Below are positions 1 through 14,589 of a stretch of DNA of 64,000 nucleotides, piece by piece (the first letter of the stretch is position 1; each line of letters starts with the position of its first letter). The notes below the pieces were generated by a model that saw only the letters and a program-made list of their open reading frames with translations, was not told the DNA's origin and ran no database searches. The stretch covers positions 25,546,001-25,610,000 of the forward strand of contig CM097885.1 in NCBI GenBank assembly GCA_044892525.1. Direction: 5' to 3'. Source of the stretch: Schmidtea polychroa (lineage: Eukaryota). The position numbers and the translations under genes were made by a program.

Positions 1-769
1 AGTAGGTTAATCTGGGTTAATATAATTAATTAGGTTTCAAATTATTATAAAGTTATTTATGGTAGATTTTTCAAAATAAAAAATAAAACTAATTTATTAT
101 TTACTCATAAAGTAGTAATATTTATACACTATTTATATTCATATTCCTAAAAGCTACCAATTGACTTATTTCTTATAAAAACTTTCTGTAATGATTTCTG
201 ACTCCAACATGCTCGTTCTTTAGTGGGTATCAGATGGAAAATTTCTTCTTTATATAACACGTTATAGCATGGCATCCTACCATATCTTTCGTTTTTCAGT
301 GCAAATGTGTGGCAGAGCTACCATTTTTTCATGAATCGTTATATGCTCAGTGAGCTATAAAAGACAGTTTATAAATTAAGCTTTTATTCACTAAATTTGA
401 AATATTTGAAATTTCAGATATTTAAACAACATTTATGTCATTCTTCTCTGCTAAGGTCTACATGAAGATTGAATTTTTGGATACTTTATTTACGAGATAG
501 TCAATTTGTGGCATTTGATAAGAATCCAAATTTGTACATCTTTTGATAGTGTTTGAATAGTTTATCACAAGGCGTTGTTTATTGTTTCTATTTATTAAGA
601 AGTAATGAGGTCTCCGGGGGCAGAGCCACTTGGAGGCCCAGGTCTGACATCATATGTGGCCCTTATATAATGAAAAATATAACAAAAATGTATACTTTTT
701 ACTGAAAAAAAATTTAATATTTCTAAACTTTAGAAAATGTAATTCGAAATATATTAATTAATAAATAAA

Positions 770-937
770 TTTAAAAATGAGCTTTTAGAGCTGCAAACGA
801 ACTTATTAGTTCGGAATAGTCCACATTTCTTGCAATATCACAATTAATATTTAGCGTCCCCAAACCATTTACATGATCCTGGAGCATGGTTGATCTTAAA
901 TAATTTTTTATGCGTTTGAGTACACTTAAACTCCTCT
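770..937 (-). pseudogene. hAT transposase C-terminal dimerisation-domain fragment (non-autonomous hAT remnant, about 610-1020)
   Basis: Manual minus-strand translation gives RSLSVLKRIKNYLRSTMLQDHVNGLGTLNINCDIA, matching the hAT ERSFSxLKxIKxxLRSTM motif. GC-rich GGCCC-type subterminal blocks flank it. Confidence 0.75.
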
Positions 938-3900
938 ACTACTAATATCAAAAAAGTGTTGGTTGGGGCCCCTTAAATTAAAATCCTGCCCCCCTTCTGG
1001 GGCCTGTCCGGGGGCTTCGGCTTTCCTGAATGTAGTTTTTTTAGAAATTTGACGATTTCCTGAATAATGGAGTCATTGTTTGTTAATGAGCAACGGATTT
1101 TCATTGCAACCGGTTTCAGTTTATATAGCAAATTCACTGGATCAATCACTATCTACACTGTTATATTAATTGAGCAAGTTTATCAAGGGTAAAACAATGA
1201 TTTCTCATCGAATGTTTCTATAATTTCTTTGACTTTTCTATAGTTTCTTACAATTTCCTGGTTTCTCTCGAATTTTAGTTTTTCTCTACCTTTTCTCCGA
1301 TTTTTCCCCTTTCGGTCTATTGCGGCCTATTCTTTTATATCATTTGATAGATAAGCCAATTATTGAATAAATCTCTAGTTTTAACCAGTTAATTACTGAT
1401 TCAAATTAGCCGATCACCTCCCAAACAGCGGTTCTCGTAAACCGTAATTATTTATCTGAATTAGGCGAACCTCTGCACTGTTCCAACATATATCTTATTC
1501 TCATTCATAATGATGGAATTACAATTTTTTTTAATTTAAACTTCATCTACTCCAATTTAGATTACATTTTCTTCCTTAAAATTAAAATTTTAATAAACAT
1601 TATACAATCGTATTGTCGGACAGTTAAACTGGCATTTGTCGTTAATACTTTAGACTTATTGTACAATGTGGACCGAGTCATTGTGTAACGTCCTAATGCT
1701 CTGAATAAGTTTACTTTCAGATACCTTTGCGTCACGATACCATACTCGCAAAAAGTAAATTGAGCAAATCTGTAACTCAACCGGCAAGTTTAAAATCGGA
1801 TAAGATTAAACTTTAGTTTGAACGTCGCATCCTAGATCTTGATCTACATTACAATAAGGGTCTACTTGATCGAAGTTCAGTATATAAGATCAAGTAGATA
1901 AATGAAGTTTATTACGATACAGAAATTCTTAGTTTCATTCAATGAATTTACAATGAGCTCAATATTGTTGCTCATTTAGCAAATATCTTATGCATTGTTC
2001 AGAATATCTATAACATCAATTTATTAACCGAAAGAGCGTGGTACGAGGACTAATATTGATTAAAAATCGGTATCTGTTTGCTACGACAATTAGAGTAATT
2101 ATAATTCGTGATGAGTCACCAAAATAAGCTTCTACAAGAAAGTAGTATTAAACACAAGTCACCACCAGGTCGTGAGTCAGATCTAAATACCCCATTTGAC
2201 ACAATACGAATAAGTGGATGACTAAACTTAGCATGTCTTAGAACCGAATAAGATAGAATTTACACTTCTAACATGGAATAGTCAATACAATAGGAAACGA
2301 ACAGTTCAGCACACATCCAGCCGATATAAGTCAATTTTAGGCGATTTAAACCGGTTGCAACGCAATACTTGGTTATAAAATTTTAACCAACACTTCCAAA
2401 ATTATGAATAACAGACCAAATTTGACGCGTTTGCAAAAGAAGAGTTCGCGAGCAAGTCGAAAGCGAACATAATTATGCTAACTGTAAGTTCACTCTATTT
2501 CCGATAAGTATGCTCTATTAGTTGTAAATTTTTCATGCAAACTGAGACAACGAGGGATATACCGATTAAGAAATTAGTCGGAAGTCACCTCGACAAAATC
2601 GAAAATTTTTGTCGTACCTAAATTTCATGATCAATGTATAATGTTGCTAAAGAAAGTTTAAGAACTATTTACCAATTTCAAAATTTCAACCTTTTGTTTT
2701 TCGTTGCCTTTAAGCAATCTACACCCAAACACCTCTTACATGTTTTGTGGTTTTTTTCCATGTGGTCATAGTTGGTCTATAGTAGTCGCATTGCATAAAA
2801 GATTCTTGTTAATATCATCCACGAAAATAATTCTTTCATTTTCATTAGAATTTCCAAAACCTTATCTGTTTACATTTGTAGTAAAAAAATCGATTTAATA
2901 TTTATTATTTTGACATCAGGACTATTATACACCTCATGTGGGGCGTATAAAAGTCGTCATCCAAATAAACTAACAAACTATTGCAAATTTCAACCTACAC
3001 TTAGACATTAAATTTGAATAAAATTAATATAAAAGCTTTGGATATTTAAAATGTAAAATTATATACAACAATATAGACATGCTTTACAAAACTATATCTT
3101 ATAATACTTGGTTCGTATTTTGAATTATATAAGTTTCTTATTAATACATTTGCATTTTTATGTAGAATTTTATTTTGCATTGACATTGTTAAAAATCTTG
3201 ACATATTCCCACACATTTTTCATTTTTAAAATGATAGATCAAATTTTCCTCAAAGATAATTATCATCAAAATTTAATATGTAACTCAAAGTTACTCAAAA
3301 ACCAATTCTAGCAATTTTCATTTTACTAAAATAAATCTACAGAAAAATAAAAACAAACAAAATACTGCATGATAAAATTTGGTGTTAAAAATCACAGAAT
3401 TTTTCTGATATCCACGAATTGATTTTGTAATTTGAAATCTACAAAATAAATTTGCGTATCTGTGTTATGATTCTAATTCTAAACATTCAATCGTCTATCT
3501 ATAAATTCAATGGGAATGGTGCAAGATATTTTCTATCTTTTTCTCGGATTTGTTACAACTATTTATACGAAATGCAATTGTAACAAATTTAGTTTTCATA
3601 ATCGTTTTTATATGTTAATTTTTCTAAAGGTATTTTATATATTTATGGTAATTTTTAATTATTATTGTTGGGTATTACTAATACTATTAGAGGTATATGT
3701 GTTGTTATCTTATGGTGGTTGATTATGTATTAGTTGTTTATTCTATTTTTATTTTGTGTTTTATAAAGAAGATTTGTAGAACCCAGTCGAGTCTCCTGTA
3801 AAAATATACTGTCTCGGGACAGCGGGTGAATGTGTGTAAAACAAAAACAAAATTAATAAATTATCAACGACAATCAGTATTAACTACAAACTTTATTCAA

Positions 3901-6769
3901 TAAAAATGAAATACTTTGTATTGTTGATTTTGAATAGAGATTCTGATGTTTATTAGGAAACAGTTTCGTAGTGTTGAGTTAGATAGATTTTGATATTTAT
4001 TTGGAGGTATTTCTGTAGTGTTGAATTTGGAGGGAATCCAGATAATTATCGAATGAAAGTCTTGAATAACAAATTTAGAGTGTGGAAAAAACTCAGGTAA
4101 TTATCGAATGTAAATCTGGAATGACAAATATCAAATGTAGAGGGAACTAGGATAATTGTAAAACGTAAATCTGGAATATCTGTCAAATGTAAATGTGGAA
4201 TTGTTAATACTGAATGAAGAAGGAATCCAAGTAACTATAAAATGTAGATCTGGAATCTTTTTTCCTAGCCACTTTCCTAATATTCGACGTATATTCCTAA
4301 TATTCGGGTACGGAAGATTAGGATTGCTGGATTTCCTTATGAATCTTCGAATGAGTTTTTAGTGTTCCAATAAAAATAATAGCCTTAAAATTTTTTTATA
4401 TAAATTTCTTTAATTATAATTAATAGTTTTTTAATTGGAATTGGGTAAATTTATGAATTTTTTTCAATACGAATTAATTCCTTGTGAGTCTTTGGATGAA
4501 TTGTTTTGGAATTACAATTATAATAGTCTTTGAAATTTCTTTATATATTTTTCTATGATCAATTAACTTCTTTACTAATCCTCGGATGAATTGTATGGAT
4601 TTCAATTCTGATAACAACTGTTGAAATTTCTTTGTATAGTTTTCTAGTTAGAATTGTTAATTTTGTTATTGATTTTTTTTCAAATCATTTGTTTGCGTTT
4701 TTTGCCAATTCTCTATAGTTTTCATTTACTGCAGAGAATTGATTTTTTCTTTTACGGAAAAAATGATGATAATAAAAATAATAATTATAAAATAACATAT
4801 CACGATAACAATAATTACAAAATTCACAATAATAATAGAAATAACAATACATTACATTGGATATTTACAAATAGGTACTAGTTTCTGATTTTCAACGACA
4901 CTTCAAATCTGACATCTTTCAATTACAATATCAATCAAGTTTTCAATTATAATTTCATTTTCTTGCGCTGGGTTAAGTCTTCCGATCGGAGATCTCCCTT
5001 CTACACTAAGAATACAATAGTATGGGTTAAATGGACAATACCAATCATAAAATATAAAACGTAAAAAATTTTAAAATAATTATGTATTAAAAAGACCTTA
5101 TAGTGCAACTTTTTTTGCTTTCGTTTCAGCGAAATCGTATATTATTGCGTTATAATAAGACTTTGTTTGATTTAGTATTCTCTATGCCTAAAATGCATAT
5201 TTATCCCAACAATTGAAGGATTTGAAAAATGTAAACAGCAATGTGACTTTCTTCATTTGTAATGTAGAAACCATGAAAAACCGGTTTTCGAATTTCAGAT
5301 TTCCGAAAAGCCGGTTTTAGCTGGTTTCCGAATTATTGTCAAATAAATAGATTATGGAATATATTTAATTAAATTTATATAAAATAACAAAAACAAAATC
5401 AATACCAAAGTCAAAATAACAAAAACTCCAACATAAATTTCAAATAATTTATTTCCCTAATTTTAATTTCTCCTAACAAAATAGGATTTTAAAAAGCATG
5501 AAATATCCACTGAACAGTGGCTAAATCTTTTTTTATTTTAGACAAAATATTGCCTGAAATTTAAAATACTCGTTTTTTTACATATTTTTTACCATATTTT
5601 AAATTTAATAAATTTAATAAATTATAAATAATGAAATAAAAAGATCAAAATTATTACCGATCAAATGCAACATTTTCAAAATAAGTAAATTCGTAGGAAA
5701 CAATGAAAAGGTCATGTCATCTATTCCGTCCGTCATGTGGTCAAATTTTCCGAAGTCTTGGTTATCCAAAACTAAGATTGGATGATCGAAATGACAGAGA
5801 GCAAATTTGGTCTTGCCAATTATATTACCGCCCACAAAGACATAAGTAAGGCCATCACATACATTAATCTTAACGATATTAAACTCAGTAAATTGAACTG
5901 CCACGCGTTTCCTCGATTCTCGTAACAAGCATTATTCAATCTTTTGGCGTTGCAAATCATAAGTCTGCGGATCCTTTTATTGAGAAAGGCCATACCATCA
6001 TTTGTATTGTCGAAAGTCAAGAGATGTCTGTAGATATATTTATGCTGGGGAGGGTTTTCGATGAAACTCTAATATATATAATAACTGCGTCAGGAAGACG
6101 AGTATAGTCCTTTCGGTAATAGTCGTGTTCCTTGTCGACCTCGGTTGTAGAAAATCCTCCAGCTGTATTGCGTACCGAGCTTGACATTAGGTTTTGATTC
6201 CAAAGCCCTGGTCTTGACACTTTATCCGTATTAATTATCGATGCGCGGGAAAGGTTTGGCTCACCAATTTCCTTTGAAACAAGTTTTTGAAAATCTTGAA
6301 GCTTTTGCAAACCGTAGTCCTGGTTTCTTTTCATAAAGTTGAAGATCACGCCACCTTTAAAATCGTAGATATTTTTCTACAGTCAGAAGTTTCGCTTTCA
6401 TTTTGGTGCCCACTTTAGACACAACCCTATCGTTGTCTCGTGCATCGATCTCCACGATGAGCACGTTTTCACAGATTTATACTATTCAATGTAATTAACG
6501 GTCATTTAAAGTCTGCTGCGTATAATTTTCGTTTTGGCATTATTTGTTGAAAATCTATGAGGTATTGTAAAAATAGAACCAAATCGAGAAAATTGATTTT
6601 GCAATTTTGGTCATTGTTTGGTGCTTTATCAATTGTTTTCTGTGAAAATTTACAATACGTTTTAAAATCAGTAAACTAATATAATGATTTGTAATAATAA
6701 TTATTATATTTTTAAACAAAGTTTATACAAAACAAAATGATTGACCAAATGCGTTCTACAACTCAAAAA

Positions 6770-7570
6770 CATATTATAGCCTAATATATAGTTAATTGTG
6801 CGACAGATGTGCAATAGTTCGAAGATACATTAGCACATCCGTTCTTCGATATCCGCCAACTGTACGCCTGACTTTGCTAACTTAGTCACGATATTTCTTG
6901 ACACCAACTATTTGGACTCCAGTAATCCCTTGCACGAATGCTGCCTTCTGCTTCTGAGTGTCCTTGAGGCCTTCGATGAGCAACCGCATTGTAGAATGAT
7001 GACACATGAAAAGAGATTGGATACCGTGATGTCATCCTTCTATGATATTCGTTGTACGTGCAATATCATCCCCTGCAGACTCGTACTGATTTCAGAGTGG
7101 GATAGGATAGATGTTGCCTCGACATCGCAGACGACGACCTCTGATCTACGTATGCGCAAAGTACGACTCCAACTCGTTCATCTTTTCGTGCTCTCCCGTA
7201 TTTTTGGCCAACAGATCGCATGCTTCCGCAACATCATCGACTATAACATGTACGGTGTGCAGAAAGACATCGGATCAGCCGTAACAGCACCAGAAGAAGA
7301 ACTGGGTGTGGTGACTGTTTCCGTCATCTTCTTTTTCATGTCATCGACAGCTTTTCGTGCAAGTGCTGTCGCAACGTTTCTATTGTGAGTGTGGTCCGGT
7401 GACTGTTCACTGATGATGACGTTACCTTGCTGTGGAAAACTTGATGTTTGTTGCAACGCCAGTGTGTTTGTCCATGTGCGTTTTCACGTTCTCGCCAGTA
7501 TTCATGGTTAAGATGAATCAGTGTTCTCATTAAAAGCTTCGAAATGCCAAAATTCGCCGTCACCATAGTA
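6770..7570 (-). mobile_element. Decayed, internally deleted Mutator-like (MULE/FLYWCH) transposase remnant
   Basis: Broken ORFs 7336-7566 and 7241-7456 give a FLYWCH-like Y..(H)WRC...H-x-H pattern followed by ARKAVDDMKKKM. Confidence 0.55.
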
Positions 7571-7939
7571 TAAAAATTTGAATTATTTATCTATCAATAT
7601 TCTTTAACACTAGATTTACGGAACACGTCAATTTGACGGATTTAATTTTTAAAATTAAAAATACAAGAGAAATATTATTTTTTCCCATACGCGAATATAT
7701 CACTATTCTTTTTTTGTCGCCCTTTTAGTTTAGCAGAAATGTTTCAGTAAAAATAGGTATTGTTAATATATCAGTAAAATGATTTTTATAATAATTTATG
7801 AATGAAACTTCCGAAATATATACATGTATATATAAAATGCAAAATATTGATGGAGAGGAAGCTTGTAGGGGAGGCTTCTAGCTGAAGCTAATAAAATTGT
7901 AAGCGTCATTTAATTTTAAGATAAACACTACTTAAAAAT

Positions 7940-7970
<31 letters not shown>

Positions 7971-8309
7971 TAAATCTATTTATGATTAAAATTAAAATTT
8001 TATGCGGTTTTCATATGCATTTAAAATAAAATTGTGATGAATCGTCCGTCTGATGAACAGTCCTGCGATGAAGCGTTCTAGAATCCTGCTTTTGAGCCTC
8101 ATATTTAGTTGAGGAATCGAACATATGTGTCAGAGCAACACCTCTCTCATCAACAAAGATGGGGGTGGCTAATCTAATGTTGGATATGTGGGGAGGAAAG
8201 AAATTTAAATACCAGTCATACAATCGATCTAGTTCGCTCAGTCCCCTTTCCCAGCATACCCGTGATGATTTTGCTAATGTCCCTCATGTGAGCCCGTGGA
8301 GATATTACA

Positions 8310-8603
8310 AGTAGTGGATATAAGACCCTTCCGAAAACAACCCCTCAGGTATATGAGCACACCCCATCCTCTGCTTAAACAACCTCCAAACACTTAACAA
8401 ATAATAATAACAAATAATAACAACCACAAATTTTTACACTTTCAACACAAAAGCCAAGGGTTTTCACTTTAAGCCTATAAACAGAAAGAAAACGACCAAG
8501 AACGGGCTCTCGCAAACTACCAAGGGGTTATGTTCGGAAGGGTCTTATATCCACTACTTATAGTATTGTGTTGGCAAGCTGCCAAGTTAGCAAATTGCTA
8601 ACT
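8310..8603 (+). repeat. Left terminal inverted repeat of element A
   Basis: Reverse complement of 23397-23668 with indels. Long identical blocks include TCAACACAAAAGCCAAGGG...CGCAAACTACCA and ACTTATAGTATTGTGTTGGCAAGCTGCCAAGTTAGCAAATTG. Confidence 0.93.
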
Positions 8604-8664
8604 AAAATTATAAATATTTTAAAAATATGAAAACATCCCACCCAATAAAAAAATTTTTTAAAAA

Positions 8665-11600
8665 ATGAATTCTAATATTTATAATTGTACTATTTGCAAA
8701 AAAAATTTTAAAAATAAAACTGCACTACTATCTCACCAAAAATCAAAAGACCATTTATTAAAAATAAATAGACTTGATAATTCAAACTCAAAAATTTGTT
8801 CAAAATGTAAAGAAAGATATTTACTTTCAGGATATGATAAACATTTTGAAAGCTGTATTGGAGTTCCTAAAAATAGAGAAAAATTTGAATGTCCTATACG
8901 TGAATCAAAATTTAATATAAAATCTTATTATTTAAAACATGTAAAAAAATGTGCTATAAAGAACAAACAATCAATACCTAAAAGAGACTCTGATTCTGAA
9001 GAAGAAGATTCTGAAGATTTTGAACCTGAACATATTGAAAAAGAAAAATATAATTGGGACAACTTCAATCACATAGATATATTTGCAGAACAAATGTTTT
9101 CCTCCACAGCCTCAGACTATATAAGAAAAAATAAACAAAACATAAAAAATTCAATGGACAATGCTATAAAAAAATTTGGTCGATCAAGATTCAACATTAT
9201 AAAATATAAAGTTAGAATCTCGGCAAAATATTGGAGAGGAGAAGAAGTAGAAACAACTCCTCTAAACTCTGATATTGAAACATCTTTTAAATATTTATTC
9301 TCAACAAAGGGAATAAATAAAATCATCAAGGATTTAACTGAAGAGATGGAAGAACAACAAGAACAAGTAGAACAAGAATTGGGAGAATCAAATTTAAGAT
9401 TCCATTCTTTCAAATCTATAGAAATTGAATATTGGAGAGCAGCACCCCCAAATCCTAAATCTTTTATTCATACACCATTCCCCTCCAACTATGTTATAAA
9501 CGTACAGAATAAAGATGATAAATGTTTCCAATGGTCAATACTTGCACACTTACATCCTCAAGCAAGGAATCCTCAAAGGGTTTCAAAATATAAACAATAT
9601 GAAAATGAATTAATATATCCAAAAGGATTTAAACATCCAATGAAAATTGAAGACATTCCAGCATTTGAAATTTTAAATAATATTAAACTTAATATTTATG
9701 AATACGTTCCCCGTAAAGATGATTTTAGGAAACATATTATACCAATTTATATTTCAAATAAAAAACTATTAGAACAAGATAAAAATAGAGAAATAGATCT
9801 TTTAATATTAGAAGAAGGGCGAAGCCCCACGGGGCAAGATCAAAGTTATAGAGAATATAGGGAATATGTTTTTAATGAAGAAGGTGAAGATGAACAAGAT
9901 TTAAATCTTCATCCTATCCAACAAGATGAAGATTTGAATATTGAAAGGAAACAACATTATATTCTAATAAAAAACTTTCAAAGTTTTATGCGTACAACAA
10001 CACAAGTTAGAGGTGGAACAACTTGTAAAAGATGTCTTCACTATTCAACATCTAAAAACTCAATAATTAAACATGAAAGATTGTGTGACAAGAACCAACC
10101 TACATTAATTAAAATGCCTACAAACTCAGACATGAATTTTAAAAATTATTCAAATTTATTAGAATCAGTAGGTGTAATATATGGAGACTTTGAAGCAGTA
10201 AATATAAAACATGTTTTAGAAAAAGAATATTTAAAAATAATAGAAAATAATAATTTATCAGATTCTTGGTATGATTATTTGCCAAAGGCACCAAGACTAA
10301 CATGGGAGAGTATGAAAAACTTTCTAAAGTTAAATAATAAATCCTATACAATAAAAGAAACTAAACAAATACCATCAGCTTATAAACTATTTTTTAAAAG
10401 TAATTACCCTGAACTCATAGAATCTAAAGAATATTCATATAGAGGAACTTCTTCAGAAGATGTTTTAAATCATTTTAGTAAAAATATAAATGATTTAGAA
10501 CATGAACTATTTAAAATATTAAAAACAAATTATGAAATAAATTTTTCAATTGAACAATGGGAAGAATATAAAAATACTTCAAATTGTTGGATGTGTAAAC
10601 AACCATTTGAGGATACTTCAGATATAGAGTCTTTGAATACCGAGTCTTTGAATACCGAGTCTTTGAATACCGAGTCTTTGAATACTGAACAACTTGAAGA
10701 AGAAGAACAAAGATTGTTTCATGAAAGATTGCAAACTTTGAATAATGAAACTCAAAATATAAAAGTCCCCGATCATGATCATTTTAAAAAATCAAACAAT
10801 TATAGAGGACCAGCTCATACAAACTGTAACATAAATTGTAAAAAACCTAAATTTATACCAGTTATATTTCATAATCTTTTTGGATATGATATACATTTAT
10901 TTATAAAACACCTAGCAGCAAATGCTAAAAATTCTTTCAAAGTAATAGGACTAACAAAAGAAAAATATAAATGTGTACAATATGGTTGTTTAAAATTTAT
11001 AGATTCTCTAAATTTTTTAGGAATGTCCCTAGATGCAATAGCTAAAACAATGAAACCAGAAGATTTTAAATATACAATAGAGCAAGTTTTGATAAAAAAT
11101 AACATTCCCTTGGAAGAATATCCAACATGTTTAGCAAAAGGAATATATCCATATGATTATATTGATTCATTTGATAAATATAATGAATCGAAATTACCAC
11201 CACAAAAGGAATTCTCTCAAAACTACAACAATCAAATATTACAGATCAAGAATATTCTCGAGCAAATAAAATGTACCAATTATTCAACTGTAAAAACCTT
11301 GGGGAATATACCGACATGTATTTATCCCTTGATGTTTATATTTTAGCAGATTGTTTTGAAGGATTTTGTAAAGCCTTTGAATTAAAACCTTATAATTATA
11401 TAACAGCACCCTCTTTAGCTTGGGATATATTATTATATAATATATGGACTGATGAAGATGTGGAATCAAGAAATAAAATAATAGAATTATTAACTGATCT
11501 TGACATGTTTAATGTATTTAAATATAATATTAGAGGAGGTATTAGTTCTGTAATGGGAGATAGAGAAATAACTGCAAATAATTGGATGACTCTTTATAGA

Positions 11601-13309
11601 AAATTCTTTAAAGATACAGATGCAAATAAAAAATCCCAGGAGGCTCTAAATTAATAAAAGAGGGTTTATCAAATCCATGTGAAATATTTTATCCTGATGC
11701 ATCTGCTCTATATGGAGGTGTAATGACTCAACATTTACCAATTGGAAACTTCACCTGGGTTGATATTCCTAAAGAAAAAGATAAACTAGAAAAACTTTTA
11801 AATGAAATATTATCAACTGAAAAAGATTCAGAAATAGGATATGTCATAGAATGTGATCTCGAGTACCCAGATGAAATAAAATCTAGAACTAGATACTTTC
11901 CATTTGCACCAGTAAAAAGGAAAATAGACGTCAATGAACTTTCAGATTGGCAGATCGCACAAAATAGACCTACTACTACAAAACTTTTATGTGACCAAAC
12001 AAATCGAACTTATTATCTTTGTCACTATAGGCTTCTACAATTTTACATCTCTCATGGAATGATATTAAAAAATATACATTCTATTATAAAATTTAGACAA
12101 CTACCATTTATGAAAAAATTTATATATGGAAACATTAGAAAAAGAAATGAAGCAAAAAGAAATGGAAATGCATTTCTAGATATGATATACAAACTTTTAA
12201 ATAATGCAGTCTTTGGTAAGACTATGGAGAATGTTGATAAATACACTCGAGTAGAGTTGTTAAAAAATACTCCTAGATACTTTGCAAGATATAATAGAAT
12301 GCTTGGAAAACCAACATTTAAAAATGCCGAAGTATTCTCAAAGAACCTAGTTGCAATTGAAATTCAAAATAATGAAAAAACTTATAATAAACCAATCTTT
12401 ATAGGTTTCTCTATTTTGGAATTATCAAAATTACAAATGTATGAGACCTACTATGATATTCTACTACCTCACTTTGGAGATCGAATATCCTTACATGCAA
12501 TGGATACAGATAGTATGTTTTTAAAAATATATGGCAAAGATGTGAAAAAAGAAATACTCGAAAGTGAAGTGCTTTCAAAACTAATAAATGCATCTGGAGA
12601 ATTATTCACATTCAAAGATGAAAAGCCAAATACCCCAATAATTGGTGCTATATTTATTAGAGCGAAACAATATTCACTTGAAATGATAGAAAGCCCGAAA
12701 ACAATAACACAAACAATTAAAATCATGTATAAAAACCCAATAACCCTTGAAATGGAAGAAATAGATTATACATTTGAACGACCAATAATGACCTCAGACA
12801 CAAAAACCCTTAAAGATAACAAATGCAAAGGGATACAAAAATCAGTATCTAAGAAAATCACACACCAAGATTATAAAGATGCTCTAAATATAAATTATTC
12901 AGATAAAATAGAAGAGGTACATCAACTTAAATCCGAGAAGCATGATATGTATTCAGAAGAATCAGCTAAGATATCACTATCAAATTATGATGATAAAAGA
13001 TTTATTCTAAGCGATTTAAAAACAACTCTTCCAATTGGAAATGATTTAATACCAATAATAAAAAAACTTACAAGCTTGAATGATCTCTATGGTACAAACA
13101 TAACAGATGTTCAACTTAGTAAAGTTGAAATAGTTTACCCTAGAAGATTTATTACTCAAAAACCTCTATATAATCAAGTTCAAAAATCAATACCTATAGA
13201 TATTAAATATTTAAATATAGATTCTAAATATATTCGAGGGTTATCAGAAAAAGAATTTGAATCCCATAGAGAACATCTACTTTCAATCATAACTGAATCT
13301 AATTTTTAA
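8665..13309 (+). pseudogene. Protein-primed family B DNA polymerase (pPolB), split into three ORFs by frameshifts
   Basis: N-terminal C2H2 fingers, exonuclease motifs YGDFE and FHNLFGYD, KGIYPY, IRGG, KLLNNAVFGK and MDTDS. Colinear with the 1397-aa ORF at 53302. Confidence 0.95.
10627..10686 (+). repeat. 15-bp tandem repeat x4 (ESLNT) inside pPolB
   Basis: GAGTCTTTGAATAC(C/T) repeated four times; absent from element B. Confidence 0.9.
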
Positions 13310-13318
13310 ATATATAAA

Positions 13319-13561
13319 ATGTCGACAATTAATTTAAGGTATTCAAAAGCTAAGGAACTTGTAGAAAAAACTAAAAAATTATATAATGTTGTTGATGAAA
13401 TAGTTAAAGATAAAAAAGAATATTATTTAAAACTTAAAAATATAATATTTTTTATTATGTTTTTTATATTAATTATAATATCCATCCTTCTATTTTATTT
13501 TTATCCTCAAATAAAAAAATTATCTAACAGATTTTTAGGGACTTCGTATTGGTCTACGTAA
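13319..13561 (+). CDS. Small predicted single-pass membrane protein
   Basis: 80-aa ORF with AAAATG start and hydrophobic stretch IIFFIMFFILIIISILLFYFY; the start is retained in element B at 57747. Confidence 0.5.
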   Translation: MSTINLRYSKAKELVEKTKKLYNVVDEIVKDKKEYYLKLKNIIFFIMFFILIIISILLFYFYPQIKKLSNRFLGTSYWST

Positions 13562-13909
13562 TATTTCCTCTATTTCCTTCATTATTTCTTCATTCCGAGC
13601 AGCATCAGAACTATTTAATAATACATGTTTTGTATGCATAGATTCTATAAAACTTTTATCAACTAAATTAGCACTTTGGAATAAATATTCATTCTCTTCC
13701 TTTATTGCTTTATTTTCCAGACGAAGATCAACAGTCCTATTCATTAACCTCTTTAATATTTCTTGTCCAGCACGATAAACAATAGCCCGTCTGCCATAGT
13801 CAATTTGAGTTCCCATACTTTGTTTATTAAATTCTGTCAAAAGCTTTACACATTCTTTTTGTATTTCAGGTTCTTCATTAATTGTCGCAATGATTGAATC
13901 ATAATCCAT
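13535..13909 (-). CDS. Hypothetical helical protein of element A
   Basis: 124-aa ORF with AAAATG context, packed among viral genes. Confidence 0.6.
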   Translation of the reverse strand: MDYDSIIATINEEPEIQKECVKLLTEFNKQSMGTQIDYGRRAIVYRAGQEILKRLMNRTVDLRLENKAIKEENEYLFQSANLVDKSFIESMHTKHVLLNSSDAARNEEIMKEIEEILRRPIRSP

Positions 13910-13937
13910 TTTATATTTTAAAATTTAAAAATTTTAT

Positions 13938-14555
13938 TTATCTTGCAAGAATATTCTTTAATTGTTTTTTGCTTATTTCTTCCTCATCTTCAGAATGACC
14001 TTCAAATTCTTCTTCTTCTTCCTTTTCTTTATTATTAAAGATACCAGACGGGAATCCAGAGGCCAGGTTCCCAGAAGGTCGCGAAGCTCCAGATGCTGAA
14101 GGTAACCCAGAACCTAAAGTATCTTTTGATTTAGTATTCTTAAAAATATTATGGTTTACTCCATTAGATTTAAGACCTGAACAGATATGATTCTGAGAAG
14201 ATTTACTAGATTTAAAAACTTTTGAACAATCTGTACAATAAAAAGATTTCCCTGTTAGGATGTTTGTTTCATCAGGTGGGGGTCTAGTTTCAACCTTATA
14301 CTTTTTATTCCTTTTACTTTTAACACCATGTCTAAAAGGAGAACCCATTCCTAAATCATTTCTTATTCTTCTCATAGTAGAATCTGAAAGTCATTCTGAA
14401 GTACCCAACATTTTACAAATTTGAGATTGAGTAAAATTAGGATTCTCACTTAAAAGTTTAGTAAACTCTAAAGCTTTTTCTTTTAATAAAAACATGTTTA
14501 ATTTAGAAGTATCAACTATAGCAACCTGATCTACTTTTTTTTAAAATGCATCCAT
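13938..14555 (-). pseudogene. HTH plus C2H2 zinc-finger DNA-binding protein, disrupted
   Basis: Upstream sequence reads FTQSQICKMLGTS..(stop)..SDSTMRRIRNDLGMGSPFR, an HTH-like pattern, followed by FYCTDCSKVF...H. Confidence 0.6.
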
Positions 14556-14589
14556 TTTATATATTTATAATTTTAAATAATTTTTAAAA

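Noticed and set aside
1..20. AGTAGG at the window start as a Polinton terminus
   Set aside because: The following sequence does not match either family's terminal repeat.
5614..6500. Cluster of short minus-strand ORFs
   Set aside because: Looks like decayed coding DNA, but I recognise no motif.
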